Positions 1-12,417 of a stretch of 64,000 bases of DNA are shown piece by piece. Each line of letters starts with the position of its first letter. The first letter of the stretch is position 1. This DNA is from Neodothiora populina (taxonomy: Eukaryota). The translations under genes were made by a program, and so were the position numbers. Under the pieces are notes generated by a model. It was not told the origin of the DNA and searched no databases. It worked only from the letters and a program-made list of their open reading frames with translations. The stretch lies in contig NW_027191404.1 of NCBI RefSeq assembly GCF_041146345.1, positions 558,001 through 622,000 of the forward strand, read 5' to 3'.

Positions 1-1685
1 ATTGAAGCTGGCAACACGTCCCTTGCGCTCATTCTTGATCTCCCAGTTGAGATACTCGTTGAAAGCAGCATAGAGCGCAGTCTTGTCTCCAGACTCAGTC
101 GCCCTGCGGACGTGGAACTCGTGTTCCTCGCGAAGCGCGAATTGCTGTTTAGCGTGTCCTGCCATTTCGTTAGTGGTGGCCATGATTTCCTCCCAAGTAT
201 TAGCATTGTATCTGGACACAATCGGCCAGAACTTCTGTGATGTCTCTGACCACGTTGCGTGGGGGACCTGCAGACGAGCCATGAACATGGCATTGACCTG
301 ATCGACCTGCGCTGATGTCGGCTGTTCAGGAAACTCGGCTAGGATCCAGTCGATATAGCGGTCCCAGATGCGATTGCTCTCGTCGATACGCCATTCGGTA
401 GCGTGCACGGCACGTTCCCAGACGTCGAGGACGATCTCGCGTGTGAAGACTTCGGCGCATATCACCTTGTCCTCTTCCGTCCACAGATTCGGGTCGCCCT
501 CGGCCTGTCCATTTGCGACGCTGAAGGTCTGCATGACGTACTCGCCATAGAGCAGCCAGAGCGTGACACTGCTAGGCTCTTCCGAGACGGCCTTCTGACA
601 CAGTTCCATGACAGACATGCGCTCCTCCCCCGTGCGTGCCAGCAAGCTCTCATCATTGATCCAGTCTTTCCAGATGTCCTCGCCCACGGCGAATCTTGAA
701 TCCATCGCTTCACGTGCTTGCCGTAGATCAGATAACAAGCCATATGTTCTCGGATCGTTCACTTGTTCGCCGGCTGCGTCGTAGATGTGAGCCACGAGGC
801 CCTGGTGGAGCAGGTTGATGAGCTGCACATGAGAGTCATATGCATAAGAGTTCTTCGCCAAGTAATTTTCAAGCTCATGTACCAGTCTCTGGTCAGCGTC
901 AGACATGGATGGCACAGCCACGACGCGCGGAGGCGGCGTTTGCGAAGGGGCTTCGGCCATGACCAGGTCGGAAGAGGAAACATTGGACAGAGTCCTGTGC
1001 ACACTCATGCGAACAGAGGGGGACGACATGGACGGGGAGCGATGCGCATCAGCAACGTAAGAACTATGTCGAGAGACGGAAGGGTGTTGCAAGGTAGCAA
1101 CCTCTGTTGGTCATCCAGTCAGCCATTCACATCCACGTGCATATAAGAAAGGGAAAACCTGCCTGCTAGGGTTTCCATTTGGGGACTCGAGGCAGCACGG
1201 CCGCCAGCATATTGGAGGGAAGGTCTGTGTAACTGCGGCGTGCCGAAGGGACTCCTCACCTCAGAGCCAGGCGTGGCGACGAAACCCTGCGGCGTCCTCA
1301 CTTCATGACTACCGTAGGCCGGGTTCCAGACGACCTGCTGAGCTTTGGCGATACTGTCGTACCCCAGACTTGGAGCAGAGCGGGGCGCATCATGTGGGGG
1401 AGAGTGCAAGGTAATTTCATTACTGAGGGTAGACGAGGTTCGTTTACCACTTCCCGGACGCGGTCTCCTTAGCGGGGACAGGGGCGCGTTGGATGATTGA
1501 TGAGCAGTAGCGGCAGCGGCAGCGGCAGCAGAAGGAGGAGGTTGGACAGGTGCAGGAGCGGGAGCGGCACTCGGATGATGATGGTGAGGATGAGGAGTCT
1601 GGTTCCGATTCTGATTCGTATGGGCTGGCTGCGAGGTGGGCCTGGTAGGCGACTCCTGCGGGGACAAGAGAGAATTAATGTCCAT
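1..1685 (-). CDS. PRP24: Prp24/SART3-like U4/U6 recycling factor, HAT-repeat region; 3' end runs off the window; exons 1685..1163, 1103..<1
   Basis: Exon 1 reads MDINSLLSPQ...METLA. Exon 2, translated by hand, is open to base 1 and gives HAT-like helices: YAYDSHVQLINLLHQG, DLRQAREAMDSRFAVGEDIWKDWINDE, SVTLWLLYGEYV, MFMARLQVPHATWSETSQKF. Confidence 0.8.
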
Positions 1686-2857
1686 ATCGGGCGGCTAAAT
1701 GGACACCGTCACGCCAGCGTTTGAGGTTCCAGGTAAGGGGAGTGTGGTAAACCCACACCACCGGGAGGCGGCGACACGGCGGGCTAAGCTCCCACAGTAG
1801 GACGCGATAGAGACAACCACCGCAGCGGGCGGCAAGTAGACTAGCCTCGAAGGGCCCTGCTCGGAGGGTTGGTTGCTTCGTTCGCTCGTGTGCAGCAGGC
1901 CTGGACCTGGAGGGACCTGGATGCGGTGATAGTCTTGGAGAAGGGAAATGGTTAGCAGGCCTGGCCTCTGGTGACGAGGGAGGGTTTCTGCTTTGCAAAC
2001 GGGTTGTTGTGCCCGGCGCAAACAATCTAGGCTGCGAAAGGCTGCGAAAGCGCAGCGAAAGGGCCGGTCCGGAAGTTCTAGAACGCAGAGTGAAGTCTGG
2101 GCGTTTTACCGTTGATGTATGAATCACCGATCTGCTGGATTAACATGAAGCAGAAAGCACAAGGGTCTGGCGAGGAGCGCAAGGACTGCAAGGATCGCAG
2201 AGACAAGTAGAGAGTACAGTGGTCCTGGAACGTGGAGAGTGAAAAGCGGAGAGGCTCGAAAGGCAAGGTAGATGTACTGTACAGCAGGCGAGTTGGTAAG
2301 GTAATTCGGAAGAGAATAGAGCAATAGGCGGGCGGTCAGTCTACCGTGATGAGTGTATGGACAATGTGATTGTTTTCACCCGGCTGGCTCGACTTTCATC
2401 TACGGGGGCTGTCCGATCCAGCAATTGATCGGACGACAAGCACACACAAAATTGCTACACACTGCTGTAAACAGGGCATGATTGTCGATCCTCGACCTTT
2501 TCTGCAGCACACCAAGGCTCTATGAATCCGGATCCGTCACGCATTTGCCCTGGAGCTGTTCGTGTACTGTACCTTAGACGACCAATCATGGGTAGTTGTG
2601 AATCGTCACTCTGACTTGATCGGGAGCTGGTCCGTACAAGTGAAAGCATCGTGCATCTCTCCTCGACCGTCATGCTGCGTGTACCATAAAGGCAGGTATA
2701 GACGACGCAGCGACACACCGGCTGACTAAGCGAAAAGTGCCAAGCATCGAGAAGGTGGTAAACTTCAAGATACCGCAACTGCACACAATCCACAGCCGGA
2801 GAAGGTGTTGTGGGGAGTTTGAATAGATCCGCATCGTCTACCACACTATCCAGAAAG

Positions 2858-3960
2858 ATGAGCGTGAGAACGCCCTCGCGGCGACTGCTACAGTCCAGTA
2901 TGTATCCTGTTCATCTCCAGTGCTGGCACCACGACCCGCTGACTCTTGCCTCTTTTCTCCCCCAGGCGCCCTCCAATGTCTCCACCACCCACAGCCAGCG
3001 ACGGCGAACCTCCCTTTCCAAGCCCGCCGGACCGCATTCAACTGGTTCGGCCGCGGCAAGAAGGAAAACACAGCCGCCCACACGAACCCCATCCTGGACG
3101 AGTACATGAAGCGCAAGCCGGAGAAGAGCCAACCGTCCATCATCCGCGGTGACCTCGCCTCATCGTCCATCTTCGACGCCGACCGCCGCATCCAAGAGCG
3201 CGAGGAAGAGAAAGCCGCAGCGGCCGAACAGCAAGCCAGCACGACCGAGGAGACCCAAGCCGGAGGCGTGCCGCGAAACCCTGCCACCATGGCCGCCGTG
3301 CTCGACCCCAACCCCGCCGCCCGCGAGCGATGGCAGCGCAAGATGGTCATTCGAGAGGTCCGCAAGGGTGGCCGTCTCAACGAGCCTTTGTTCATCAAGC
3401 GCACCGAGAGGGAGCTCGCGAGCCGGAGTCACAACTTCAAGACCTCGACTAAGAAATTAGGAATGCTCGCTCGTCAGATCGCCGGCAAGACGATTGACGA
3501 TGCTATTGTGCAGATGAGGTTCAGCAAGAAGAAGGCCGCCCAGGACATTCTGCAATATCTCGAGTTCACGCGGGATGAGGCGATTGTGAAGAGAGGCATG
3601 GGTCTGGGCGCCGTCGAGGCTTCGACCGCCGCACCTGAAGCAGCCGAGGCAAAACCAATTGACATCCAGCTCAAGGATGGCAAGCGTCACACCGTCACCG
3701 ACAAGTCAAAGATCTATATCGACCAAGCATGGGTGGGACGGGGACCTTATGGAAAGGCACCCGATTACCGTGCCAAGGGTCGTGTCAACATTATGCAAAC
3801 ACCCTGGACGAGTCTGAGTGTTGTGCTCAAAGAGGAGGCCACGAGGGTGAGGGAGTACGAGCAGAGAGAAGAAAAGAGAAGGAGGCAAAGGGAGAAGAAG
3901 GTCTGGCATCCGCTGCCCGACAGACCCATCGTGGGCCAGCGACAGTGGTTCTCCTGGTAG
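2858..3960 (+). CDS. MRPL22: Mitochondrial ribosomal protein uL22; exons 2858..2897, 2966..3960
   Basis: L22 motifs TSTKKLGMLARQIAGKTIDDAIVQMRFSKKK and IYIDQAWVGRGP..PDYRAKGRVN. Arg/Ser-rich presequence MSVRTPSRRLLQS. A GTATGT..GCTGAC..CAG intron restores frame. Confidence 0.9.
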
Positions 3961-4136
3961 ATGCAGATTCGCCGATTTCTTCTCCTAATCTTCTTTGTGT
4001 ACAATATCATATCTTTCGACCACCCAATATGCTGGACGTATAAAAACGAACATCACTCAAAGTGGCGGATTTCTGTACCAAAAAAATATGACCAATGCTT
4101 CCCACCATAAATCTTGCTCACTCAGGTGTCATGAAA

Positions 4137-5312
4137 TCAAAGCTCTGCAAACCTGGCAGTGTTGTAGAGATGTTTCTCCGTAGTCTCCAGAACTTGCAAC
4201 TCGGACCCCACACTGACCCAGCCCTCCTGAACAGGCATACAAAGCATCCCGAAGCAAGGCTTGTATTTAGCCACACCACCAGTGTCGACCCTTCTGAACT
4301 TCATCAGCGTATCCCATGGCTCGTGTTTATGTTTGGCCGCCGTGTCAGGATTGACATTCGGAACTTGACATCTGGCGCATCGAGCCAGGACATCCAGGGG
4401 TGTGCCTGACTTTTTCTCCTCGTCGCTATTTGCATTCTCATTTTCTGCAGTGACGATCTGGACTCGTTTCCAACGGTCTTCCTCCCATGGCTCGTTGCCC
4501 TTAATGATGATGTTCGGTCTGAACCGTTCGACAGTCAAGTCTCCGTCTTGGCCCTTTCCTTTCAGTCTTCTGTTCAGGTCGTCCATGCTCGCCTGCGACG
4601 CGACCTGCAGACTCATGACGTCGGCGAAGAAATGGGCTTCTTTCTTCCCGTACAACGACTCATCGGCATTTCCATTAGCCAGTCGTGGCGTCGGTCCTTT
4701 GTAGATGAGCCAGACATCTTTATTGAAGAACTGAGTAAAGATATTGTTGATTTCGTCGCTGTATTTCCATCCGTCGGTCTGGTCACCCCAGATCGAGACG
4801 TCTTGTAGAGTGCAGTTTTGAGTCAGCCATTCCCCAGACGGATGGCAAGGGATTGAAATGCGCGCGTCTGTGCCGTGGACCGCAATTGTGAGAGTCGTCC
4901 AGTCCTGGCTGTCTTTGTTGCCATCGCTTGACAGAGTTGTGTCAATCAATGTCATTGAGGGATCAGACCGGATAGTCAAGAACTCTTTCGAATCCGCGTC
5001 TACAAACATCCAATTACGGTCGAGCTCGAGCCCGGTCTTTAGGACTTTGCATGACTTGATCTCGATGCCTCTGCATGATTTGATGGGATATATCCTCAAA
5101 GAGACAATCTCGGACGGCTTGGGCAGGTCGGCTTTCTCAGCACTTTTGTTGTCGCGCTGTCCATAGAGAAACAAATGGATTCTGAGAGCAATCACAACGA
5201 CGGTAGCCGTGACTGCAATAGCCCAGAAAGGTGGGCTGGACGAGGCCTGTGGACTGTTTTGCCCCGAGTCGTCCGAAGAAGACAAGAAGGTATCCATTCT
5301 GTGCTGAGCCAT
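4137..5312 (-). CDS. MOSC-domain (mARC-like molybdenum cofactor) protein with N-terminal TM anchor
   Basis: LRIYPIKSCRGI, LDRNWM, FADVMSL, ERFRPNIII, PWEEDRW, CARCQVPNVNPDT; hydrophobic stretch near the N-terminus. Confidence 0.9.
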   Translation of the reverse strand: MAQHRMDTFLSSSDDSGQNSPQASSSPPFWAIAVTATVVVIALRIHLFLYGQRDNKSAEKADLPKPSEIVSLRIYPIKSCRGIEIKSCKVLKTGLELDRNWMFVDADSKEFLTIRSDPSMTLIDTTLSSDGNKDSQDWTTLTIAVHGTDARISIPCHPSGEWLTQNCTLQDVSIWGDQTDGWKYSDEINNIFTQFFNKDVWLIYKGPTPRLANGNADESLYGKKEAHFFADVMSLQVASQASMDDLNRRLKGKGQDGDLTVERFRPNIIIKGNEPWEEDRWKRVQIVTAENENANSDEEKKSGTPLDVLARCARCQVPNVNPDTAAKHKHEPWDTLMKFRRVDTGGVAKYKPCFGMLCMPVQEGWVSVGSELQVLETTEKHLYNTARFAEL

Positions 5313-6682
5313 GTGTGTTGCCACCTTCAGTCTTTCTTAAAGGTCGTGACTACGACAAGTGGATTGGAGATGTTTGAGACGGGTCGTCTATCAGAATTAT
5401 CTTATGCACCTCTTATCGCACGCGATGAATATATCCACATCACCCAACGATCCAAGACTTCAACATAGCCCTAAACTTCGAGTACACACAGGATAAGAAG
5501 CTTTGCTGAAGATTGTAAGCAGAAAACAGATTGATATACACTTTCTACCACACTATCTTACTCAGTCAAGCTTACCTACATGTACCTTACGATGCCCCGC
5601 CTCTTCAGTAAACTCTATTCGTTTTACTGAATGTTCCAACGTCAAACAGCTTTCATCTCTCACCTACTACTACTGTACCTTACCTCACTACTAACAACAA
5701 TAAGGTATGCAGGATCGTACAAAGCACATGTACAGTGAGGTCACTGCACAGAACCGAAAGCACCTACCTAATCCGGACAGCGACGCCACGTGCTCTCTAT
5801 TTATTTTTCTGTTTCGACTTCAGCTCGTCGGATAGACGCCCGCCACCTCATAATTAAGTAAACTCTACCTCATCTTCACGGTGAAGTAAGCAAAAGCCTC
5901 AAGACTGAAGTGCCTTTCACTGAGGTATACACTGAACGAAGCCCCGTTGGGCGCAAATACTTCGTCTTGGCCGTACACGTGAGGTGAAGTAATGCATAAG
6001 GTACCCACGGTGGGAACATGTACTTGTATAGAAAGCCACCCAAGCAATGAATCAGACATCCAAGGCACCGCAGTATCGTCTGAACAACCGACACGACAGA
6101 ATCAGCACCCTGCCGTGCTCGCGTAAGTTTTCCTTACTGCTCTTCCTGATAAATCGATGAGGCCACGGAATCTTAATCGCCTAATTGCTGGAGGGTTCTA
6201 GCGTGATCCGAGGGATGAGCGAAGGGAAACTGGGATCTGGGTGCTAGTGCAGAGGGGCGCTCCACTATACTTATGACTTGTGGATTCTATAGCACTGGTT
6301 ATATAGGGCGAGGCGCGGACTGACAGCTGTCATGGCTCTGGGACTATCAGAAGCTGGAAGGGTAGTGTCACTTCAACTGCATCACAGCACAAAGAAAAGA
6401 AGAGGCACAGGTGAGTTTTGTAGTCGCCTTCGCAAAGAATAAGCTGCGAGGCATCTTCCAAAAATGCTTTTATATTATATTTTACATCTTGTTCAAGGAA
6501 TATCAACATTAGGTAACACTATTGATATTGTGAACATTAGCCCAACAACTACATCCCTTTCAGATTTTGTCCTTTGGTTCCCCCCAGAGTCCATTATAGT
6601 CTTGTGATCTTTCTCCCCACAGTCGACTGTGAGAGAGAAAAAGTCATTCCGGTATCTAATGGAGTGGAGTAGAGCGAGACGC

Positions 6683-7801
6683 TTAGCAAGAGGCACCGGA
6701 AGGAATGCCAGCGCAGGCAGAGCTCTTCTTGCCACCGGTGATCTTGACGTTGGACCAGGACCAGTCGGAGCAAGAGCCCTTGCCGCAGAGGATATAGACC
6801 TCCTCGGCCTTGGAGGCAACCGTGCCGGTGATGCCAGAGATGTGGAGGTCGGTGATGGGGACACCGGTGGTGGGCTTGCCAGTAGGGGAGCCGTTCTCGT
6901 AATCCTGCTCGATGACAATACCGTACTTGGCAATGTTGGAGAGGGTGATGTCGGAGTAGGTGACGTTCTTGACGGCACCGGTGGCACCGTAGACGGTCTT
7001 GATGCGAGCACCGTTGTCAGAGTCAACAATCTTGTTGTTGGAGATGAACACGTTCTCGACGGTGTTGTCGCTGCGGCCACCAACGGAACCGATGGAGATA
7101 CCGTGACCACCGGAGCAGTAAGAGCCGGTGAAGGAGATGTCAGTGCCAGAGTTGATGGCGAGGCAGTCATCCTGGTTGTAGATGGTGACGTCGCTGATGT
7201 GGATTCCGGTGGAGGAACCGACATCGAAAGCGTCGGTGTTGTGGCCGAGAGCCTTGCCGCCAGACTCCTTGTCACCGTCCTTGTTGTCAATGGTGATGCC
7301 AGAGACGGTAAGGTCGTTGGAGGAGTTGATGGAGAAACCCTGGACGGGGGTGTCCTTGACGTTGAGGCCCTTGATGCTGCCTCCCTTCATGGAGTGGGCG
7401 TAGAAGAACTTGGGCTTCTTCTTGCCACCGTTGGTACCCTTGCCGTCCCACCAGCTAGCACCGCCAGCGTTGATGACGTGGCCGCTGGCACCGGAGACCT
7501 CGATGTTGGATCCGGAAACGGAGATGAGAGGTCCCTCCCACTCCTTGTAGGCGAAAGAGGTGGTACCCTCGAAGATGACCTTGGTGCCAGCCTTGAGCTT
7601 GGTAAGGTCAAGAGTCTCACCAGCGGGAACCTTGATGTTGTTCAGGGTGATGGTGCTGCAAGAGGCCTTGCCAGACTTGGCGGCATCAGCAGTGGTGAAG
7701 GTGCAGCTGGCACGCTCAGTGAGCTGGTTGGTGGGGGCAGCAGCGACGAGCGAAGCGCCAGCGCTTGCAAGAACGGCCAAAGGAAGAGCGGTGCGAACCA
7801 T
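6683..7801 (-). CDS. Secreted endopolygalacturonase (GH28), intronless
   Basis: Signal peptide and propeptide ending ER; catalytic motifs HNTD, QDDC, GHG and [21 protein letters not shown]. Confidence 0.96.
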   Translation of the reverse strand: MVRTALPLAVLASAGASLVAAAPTNQLTERASCTFTTADAAKSGKASCSTITLNNIKVPAGETLDLTKLKAGTKVIFEGTTSFAYKEWEGPLISVSGSNIEVSGASGHVINAGGASWWDGKGTNGGKKKPKFFYAHSMKGGSIKGLNVKDTPVQGFSINSSNDLTVSGITIDNKDGDKESGGKALGHNTDAFDVGSSTGIHISDVTIYNQDDCLAINSGTDISFTGSYCSGGHGISIGSVGGRSDNTVENVFISNNKIVDSDNGARIKTVYGATGAVKNVTYSDITLSNIAKYGIVIEQDYENGSPTGKPTTGVPITDLHISGITGTVASKAEEVYILCGKGSCSDWSWSNVKITGGKKSSACAGIPSGASC

Positions 7802-9637
7802 CTTGAATGCTGTTGGGGTGGTTGAGGGGTTTTTTGGTTTGTAAGAAACGGTAGACTTGTAAAGAGTGACTTGTGGTTAGGACAGCCTGCTGACCGGAGA
7901 AAGATATTGAATGGTGGGGGAAAGAAGGAATGAGTTTGTTGATGAGAAGAAAAGAGATGGGAGTATGGAATTCATGCTGCTATATGTACTTGACCTCGAG
8001 GTCCCCCCTGAAGGATAGCAACCACATTATCCTGTAACGAAATCTCGTGCCGGGCCCGCAGCCAGCCATGTGAGCCACCACCTTACTGTAGTAGTGTGTT
8101 CGATATATGGTATGCTTTCTACAATGGTATTAGCTTCGACAAAGCGCTATCTGATCCACATGATGTTTTGTATCTACTTCGGGATCATTGCACGGACTGT
8201 TCGTCTTGCGATATGGTTGATGGCTCAGCACCGAACCGAGGAGCCGATCCGTTGAAGGGACTGCTATATTGCCAAGAAGTGCAAATTGTAACAAGCACTA
8301 TCAAGAAATGACCAGGGGCCTTCGCCCGCCTTCGCCTACATCAAGCATTTCGGTATCTTCTGCGAGTCTTGGGAAAAGCACGTTGATGTTACTTTGCTCA
8401 AACCCTGACAGAATCCTCGACACAGTTCCTCGACACGAGGAAAGTTTAATTGACAGTCAGAATGTTTGTTGCTTGTGTCAAGATCGGTATTCGACTTGAG
8501 GACATCGATGCACGCTTCGATCTGTAATGTTCGAGGTCGGCTGAAGAATTACCTTAGTGTCGGTGTTCCTCGACGGGACCGACCCGGTGATGTGCAATGG
8601 CATGGCATTACGCGAACCATCAAATTGGAAACAAGCCCTAACCAAAGTCGCTGTTTCATAAGGCGGTCAATGGCAAAGGGCATGAGCCATGTGTGAAACG
8701 AAGCATGTAATCCAGACTTCTACAAGATTTCGAAAGAGCGCCAGGGCGATGAAGCTAGCGGCGATGAGTTGTTTCAGACAGATCAAGCGAAGCATTACAC
8801 TCGGATCACTCCAAGGATCGCGTCGGAGTATGCTTGGTCCTTGGAGCGTCGCTCCGGCTTCCTTTCTCCGAGCAGTCTGTATATCCTCGCAATCCTGTTA
8901 TTGGGCCGGTAATAGAAGAACAACTACCAAGCATTCTGTAAATTCTAGCAGCTCAATCGTACTCATAATAGAAAAGCAATCATCAGACACTCTGTATATC
9001 CCTGCATATCCAATGTACTCGCAAAAAGAAATATAAACATCTCGGAGCGGTGAACTTTACTATAGTTGTATATACTGGTGCTATGGGCGGGATGATAGAA
9101 TGGGACCACCTGTCACATCGCATGATTCTATGCGCCTTATGCATCAGATGAAAGATGTTGGTCCAAATTGGAAGGTCCTGAGGATTCGCTACGAAGAAAA
9201 CACAGTGCATATGTTCATGGTAAATTCATGTCTCAAGTCGAAACAGACGGGCTTTCGTGTAATGTGAAGTAGTTGTGATAGAACATGGAGTTGTACATGA
9301 GTGGTGGTGTTAAAGCTGCACCTGCATGCATATACAGTGCAGCATAGGTGCAAGCAGGGGCACGATATATGGGGTACAGTAGGCTTAGCCTAAGGGCGGC
9401 GGGTATGGGGTAAGGTACAAGTACTGTTGCAGTACAGTATAGTTGCATAAACGACGAAGATTCTACATTTGACACAAATTGCCACAATTGATCTCGGCTA
9501 AATTTTGTGTATTTGATCCGTCGGTGCTGAAGTCGGGATGATCTCCTCGAATGATCGACAGTAGAAGTGGTCTTGCTTATTGACGACTTGACGCTTCGCC
9601 CCCCGATGAGCAGATACCCCTGGGATAAGCAATAAAT

Positions 9638-11092
9638 CTAGGCGCCAGCACGATCCAACCTCTGCCGCAGCTCAGCGTTCGTCGGTCTCCCACCTCTCAC
9701 AATAACGATGCCCTTGACCTGGCCGGACTTGATCATGGAAACGAAGCCCGGCGCAATCTCGCCAGATATCAATTCCAAACAATGTTCGGCTTCCTCCCTC
9801 GATATCGGGTTGCGAAGCGAGTTCTGCAGATTGGAAATCAGAGTCTGTGTCGAAAAACTCACTCTGGGTCGAGAGCCGGCGAGGACGTCGAGTACAGGCA
9901 CAACGTCTTCGATACGACCGAGAGCGGTCTTGCGATCCATTTCTTCTTGAGTCGGGCCACCGCCCCGTGACGAGATCGACTGCTGTTTGGCAAGAATGCG
10001 GTCCAGAAGCTTGCTCCCCCGGCTAGTGACCCCAGCCGATGTCTTGGCTTCAGCGGCGACGACGGATCTTTGACCAGCTTTTTCGACTAGAAGCTTGGCC
10101 TGCGCGGCTCCTCTCCTGATGTCGTCCAAGCAATTTTGACCACGGACGGAGCCTGCTGGTTTTACGGAGACAAGATCGCCCTCGCGCACGCCAATTAGTG
10201 GTAGTTGGTCTATGAATCGCGACACTTCCTGCCTCTTGTTAGACGAGTCGCGCACCCAAGTACTCCATTGCTGACACAGGCTCTTCTCGAAAGACAGCCT
10301 CAACTCAGGCTGATTGAAATGGCCAGCTACGGCATCGACTTGCTCTAGACAGATCATGCCGTCTCCATTATCCACAATTTCAAAAGCTGAATCTCCGAGA
10401 ATCCCGAGCAGTCTGCGAATGTCGGTCTCGGTTACAGCACGTTTCTTCCAGGCCTTGGTGACATTGTGCAGGACGAACGAAAGTTGCAATGGAGAGCCCG
10501 AGCCGTTGTGTGCATAGTAAAGAGACGTGCTGGTGAGGAACGACGAGAAAAGTCGCGCTAGATCCTGTAAAGGCGGCGGTAGTTGCTCGATGGAATCTGA
10601 GCCTGGAGCTTCTCCAAGAGACCTCGGCGTGAGGGGAGGTGTGTCGTATGGTATTTGTGCTTCTACAGATGTGGAGGTGACATTGTCAATGGTGAGTTTG
10701 TCGAACAGGTGAAGTGCTGCTCTGCTGGGTGTCTCTGCCGGCGTGGGCGGCACGTCGTTCTTGAACCTCTTGTGCTGCGGCGTCTCTGTGACATCGTCGT
10801 TCTTTCTCTTGCGTGTAGAAGCGGAAGTTATCGGTTGTGATTCAGGAATCGTAGGCTCTGCAGCTCGAGTCTTTTGTACCTTTCTAGGTACGACTTCGAT
10901 CACATCTCCGATAGGAGAAATCTGGATACCCTCTTCTAATAATCCTCTGCGCTTCTTTGCACTGTGATCCACCTTCTGTGGCTTCATGACACGCCCATAG
11001 TGACTGATGCTCTTCTGTGCCGCGGTAGGAATGGTCTGTTTACTTTGCTCTGCAGGCTGCACAGTGGCTCGTCTTCGCATCATCGTCGGCAT
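9638..11092 (-). CDS. CDT1: DNA replication licensing factor Cdt1-like
   Basis: LPPPLQDLARLFSSFLTSTSLYYAHNG, WKKRAVTETDIRRLL, LLDRILAK and C-terminal LQNSLRNPISREEAEHCLELISGEIAPGFV; several CDK S/TP sites. Confidence 0.8.
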   Translation of the reverse strand: MPTMMRRRATVQPAEQSKQTIPTAAQKSISHYGRVMKPQKVDHSAKKRRGLLEEGIQISPIGDVIEVVPRKVQKTRAAEPTIPESQPITSASTRKRKNDDVTETPQHKRFKNDVPPTPAETPSRAALHLFDKLTIDNVTSTSVEAQIPYDTPPLTPRSLGEAPGSDSIEQLPPPLQDLARLFSSFLTSTSLYYAHNGSGSPLQLSFVLHNVTKAWKKRAVTETDIRRLLGILGDSAFEIVDNGDGMICLEQVDAVAGHFNQPELRLSFEKSLCQQWSTWVRDSSNKRQEVSRFIDQLPLIGVREGDLVSVKPAGSVRGQNCLDDIRRGAAQAKLLVEKAGQRSVVAAEAKTSAGVTSRGSKLLDRILAKQQSISSRGGGPTQEEMDRKTALGRIEDVVPVLDVLAGSRPRVSFSTQTLISNLQNSLRNPISREEAEHCLELISGEIAPGFVSMIKSGQVKGIVIVRGGRPTNAELRQRLDRAGA

Positions 11093-11195
11093 TATTGAGA
11101 ATATGTTGATAGTGATGCTTATTGTTATATTTGATATGCTAACAAAACAATGATACAAGTGTTGAGATGATTGAATGATGGATGGTCATGTAGAT

Positions 11196-11253
11196 GTAAA
11201 CAATCAGGTGTCGCGAAACTGGAGTGGTTGGAAGAAACGCGATCGTGTCGCGT
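11196..11253. promoter_or_regulatory. Cluster of MCB/SCB-like CGCG elements and a forkhead site upstream of Cdt1
   Basis: GTAAACAA 11196-11203, CGCGAAA 11212-11218, ACGCGA 11237-11242, TCGCGT 11248-11253; 100-160 bp upstream of the ATG. Confidence 0.5.
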
Positions 11254-11614
11254 CAAAGTGGTTGCATGACGCTAGCAAAGTCTAAATTCTCGGCTGAGCT
11301 TGCGAGTCGAAGCTCGTCGACCTACAGTAGTATCGAGGACCTATCCAGCACAATCGTTCCAGCAAGCTATATTGAGATCAATCATAGATGTTCACTGTCT
11401 GTAGACAACATGAATTCTAATGCTGTAGTCTAAGCATCAAACATAGGTATATAGCGTCACGTGCATCCTTGACAGGAAGGTCAGGCGCTAGGTTCATGTG
11501 GTATCATTCAATGGCATATACGGATATCGATAATTAAAAGGGATAATCTCAAGCAGGCTCATCGCCAGGATCTTTTGTTTCCACCACAGGCTTGCGCTTC
11601 GTCGCGAAAGGGTT

Positions 11615-12161
11615 CTACTTGCCGCCGAACCAGCTGGAGATGCCACTCTTAGTCTTGGCTACTCCGTCCTCGACAGTCTTGTCAAACTTGTCCACTGCGC
11701 TGTTGAGCTCCTTGCCTGCCTCCTTTCGGTACTTCTCAATGGACTTCTCAGCTTCGGCCGTCTTTGCTTGGAACTGGCTGTCGAACTCCTTGGTCTTTGC
11801 TTTTGCGGCGGCAAGCTGCAATGGATCATCAGCCAGCTTCAATGAGTATGGAGAATGATTATGATCCACTTACAGTCTCATCGAGCTTTGCGCCAGCCTG
11901 TTCGCCGATCAACTTGGCCTCGGTCTTGGCCTCCTTGCCTCTGCCAGGGATCTCAGACTTGACCTTGGAAGAAAGGCGAGCGGCATCATCTATAGCATCG
12001 TCAGTGACCACAACAGGTATATATACTTGGTTGGGCAGTAGCATACGCTCAATCTGCTTCTCGGCGACCTTCGCATTGCCGCCTGCGTTGTATAGGTAGT
12101 AACCACCACCACCACCGAGGGCGAGGGCGGCGATGAGAGGGAGACGACTTCTTGCGGCCAT
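11615..12161 (-). CDS. Small LEA-like, probably mitochondria-associated helical protein; exons 12161..12047, 11989..11874, 11815..11615
   Basis: N-terminal GGGGGYYLYNAGG anchor; Ala/Lys/Glu-rich amphipathic helix ending KSGISSWFGGK; two canonical introns join the ORF fragments. Confidence 0.8.
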
Positions 12162-12417
12162 TTTGATTGTTCGTGAGAGTTCTTGTGTGGTTGGTATAGA
12201 AGATTGGAAAGTGAATCGATAGGGATCTTGAGATTGGTTCGTTTGCAAAGGATGTCAGGATGAAGAAGAAGACAGCGAAACTAAGGTATTAAGGCCGTAG
12301 GTAGCTCCTCACATTTAGAAGGCTGTTACTCCATGACTACGCCATTTCCATCGATACGACCAGGTCAAGCTCTCATTGACATGTGACGCAATTGGCTGTG
12401 GCTGCGGGCTGGACCCA

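Noticed and set aside
2346..2434. GTGATGA C-box-like motif and an 8-bp hairpin (2411-2434); similar C-box at about 44022
   Set aside because: No matching D box or terminal stem; short hairpins are expected by chance.
6629..7825. 398-aa + strand ORF (and similar antisense ORFs over eIF2-beta, MAPK, Mit1, Rrp4 and chitin synthase)
   Set aside because: Antisense shadows of codon-biased genes; no independent motifs.
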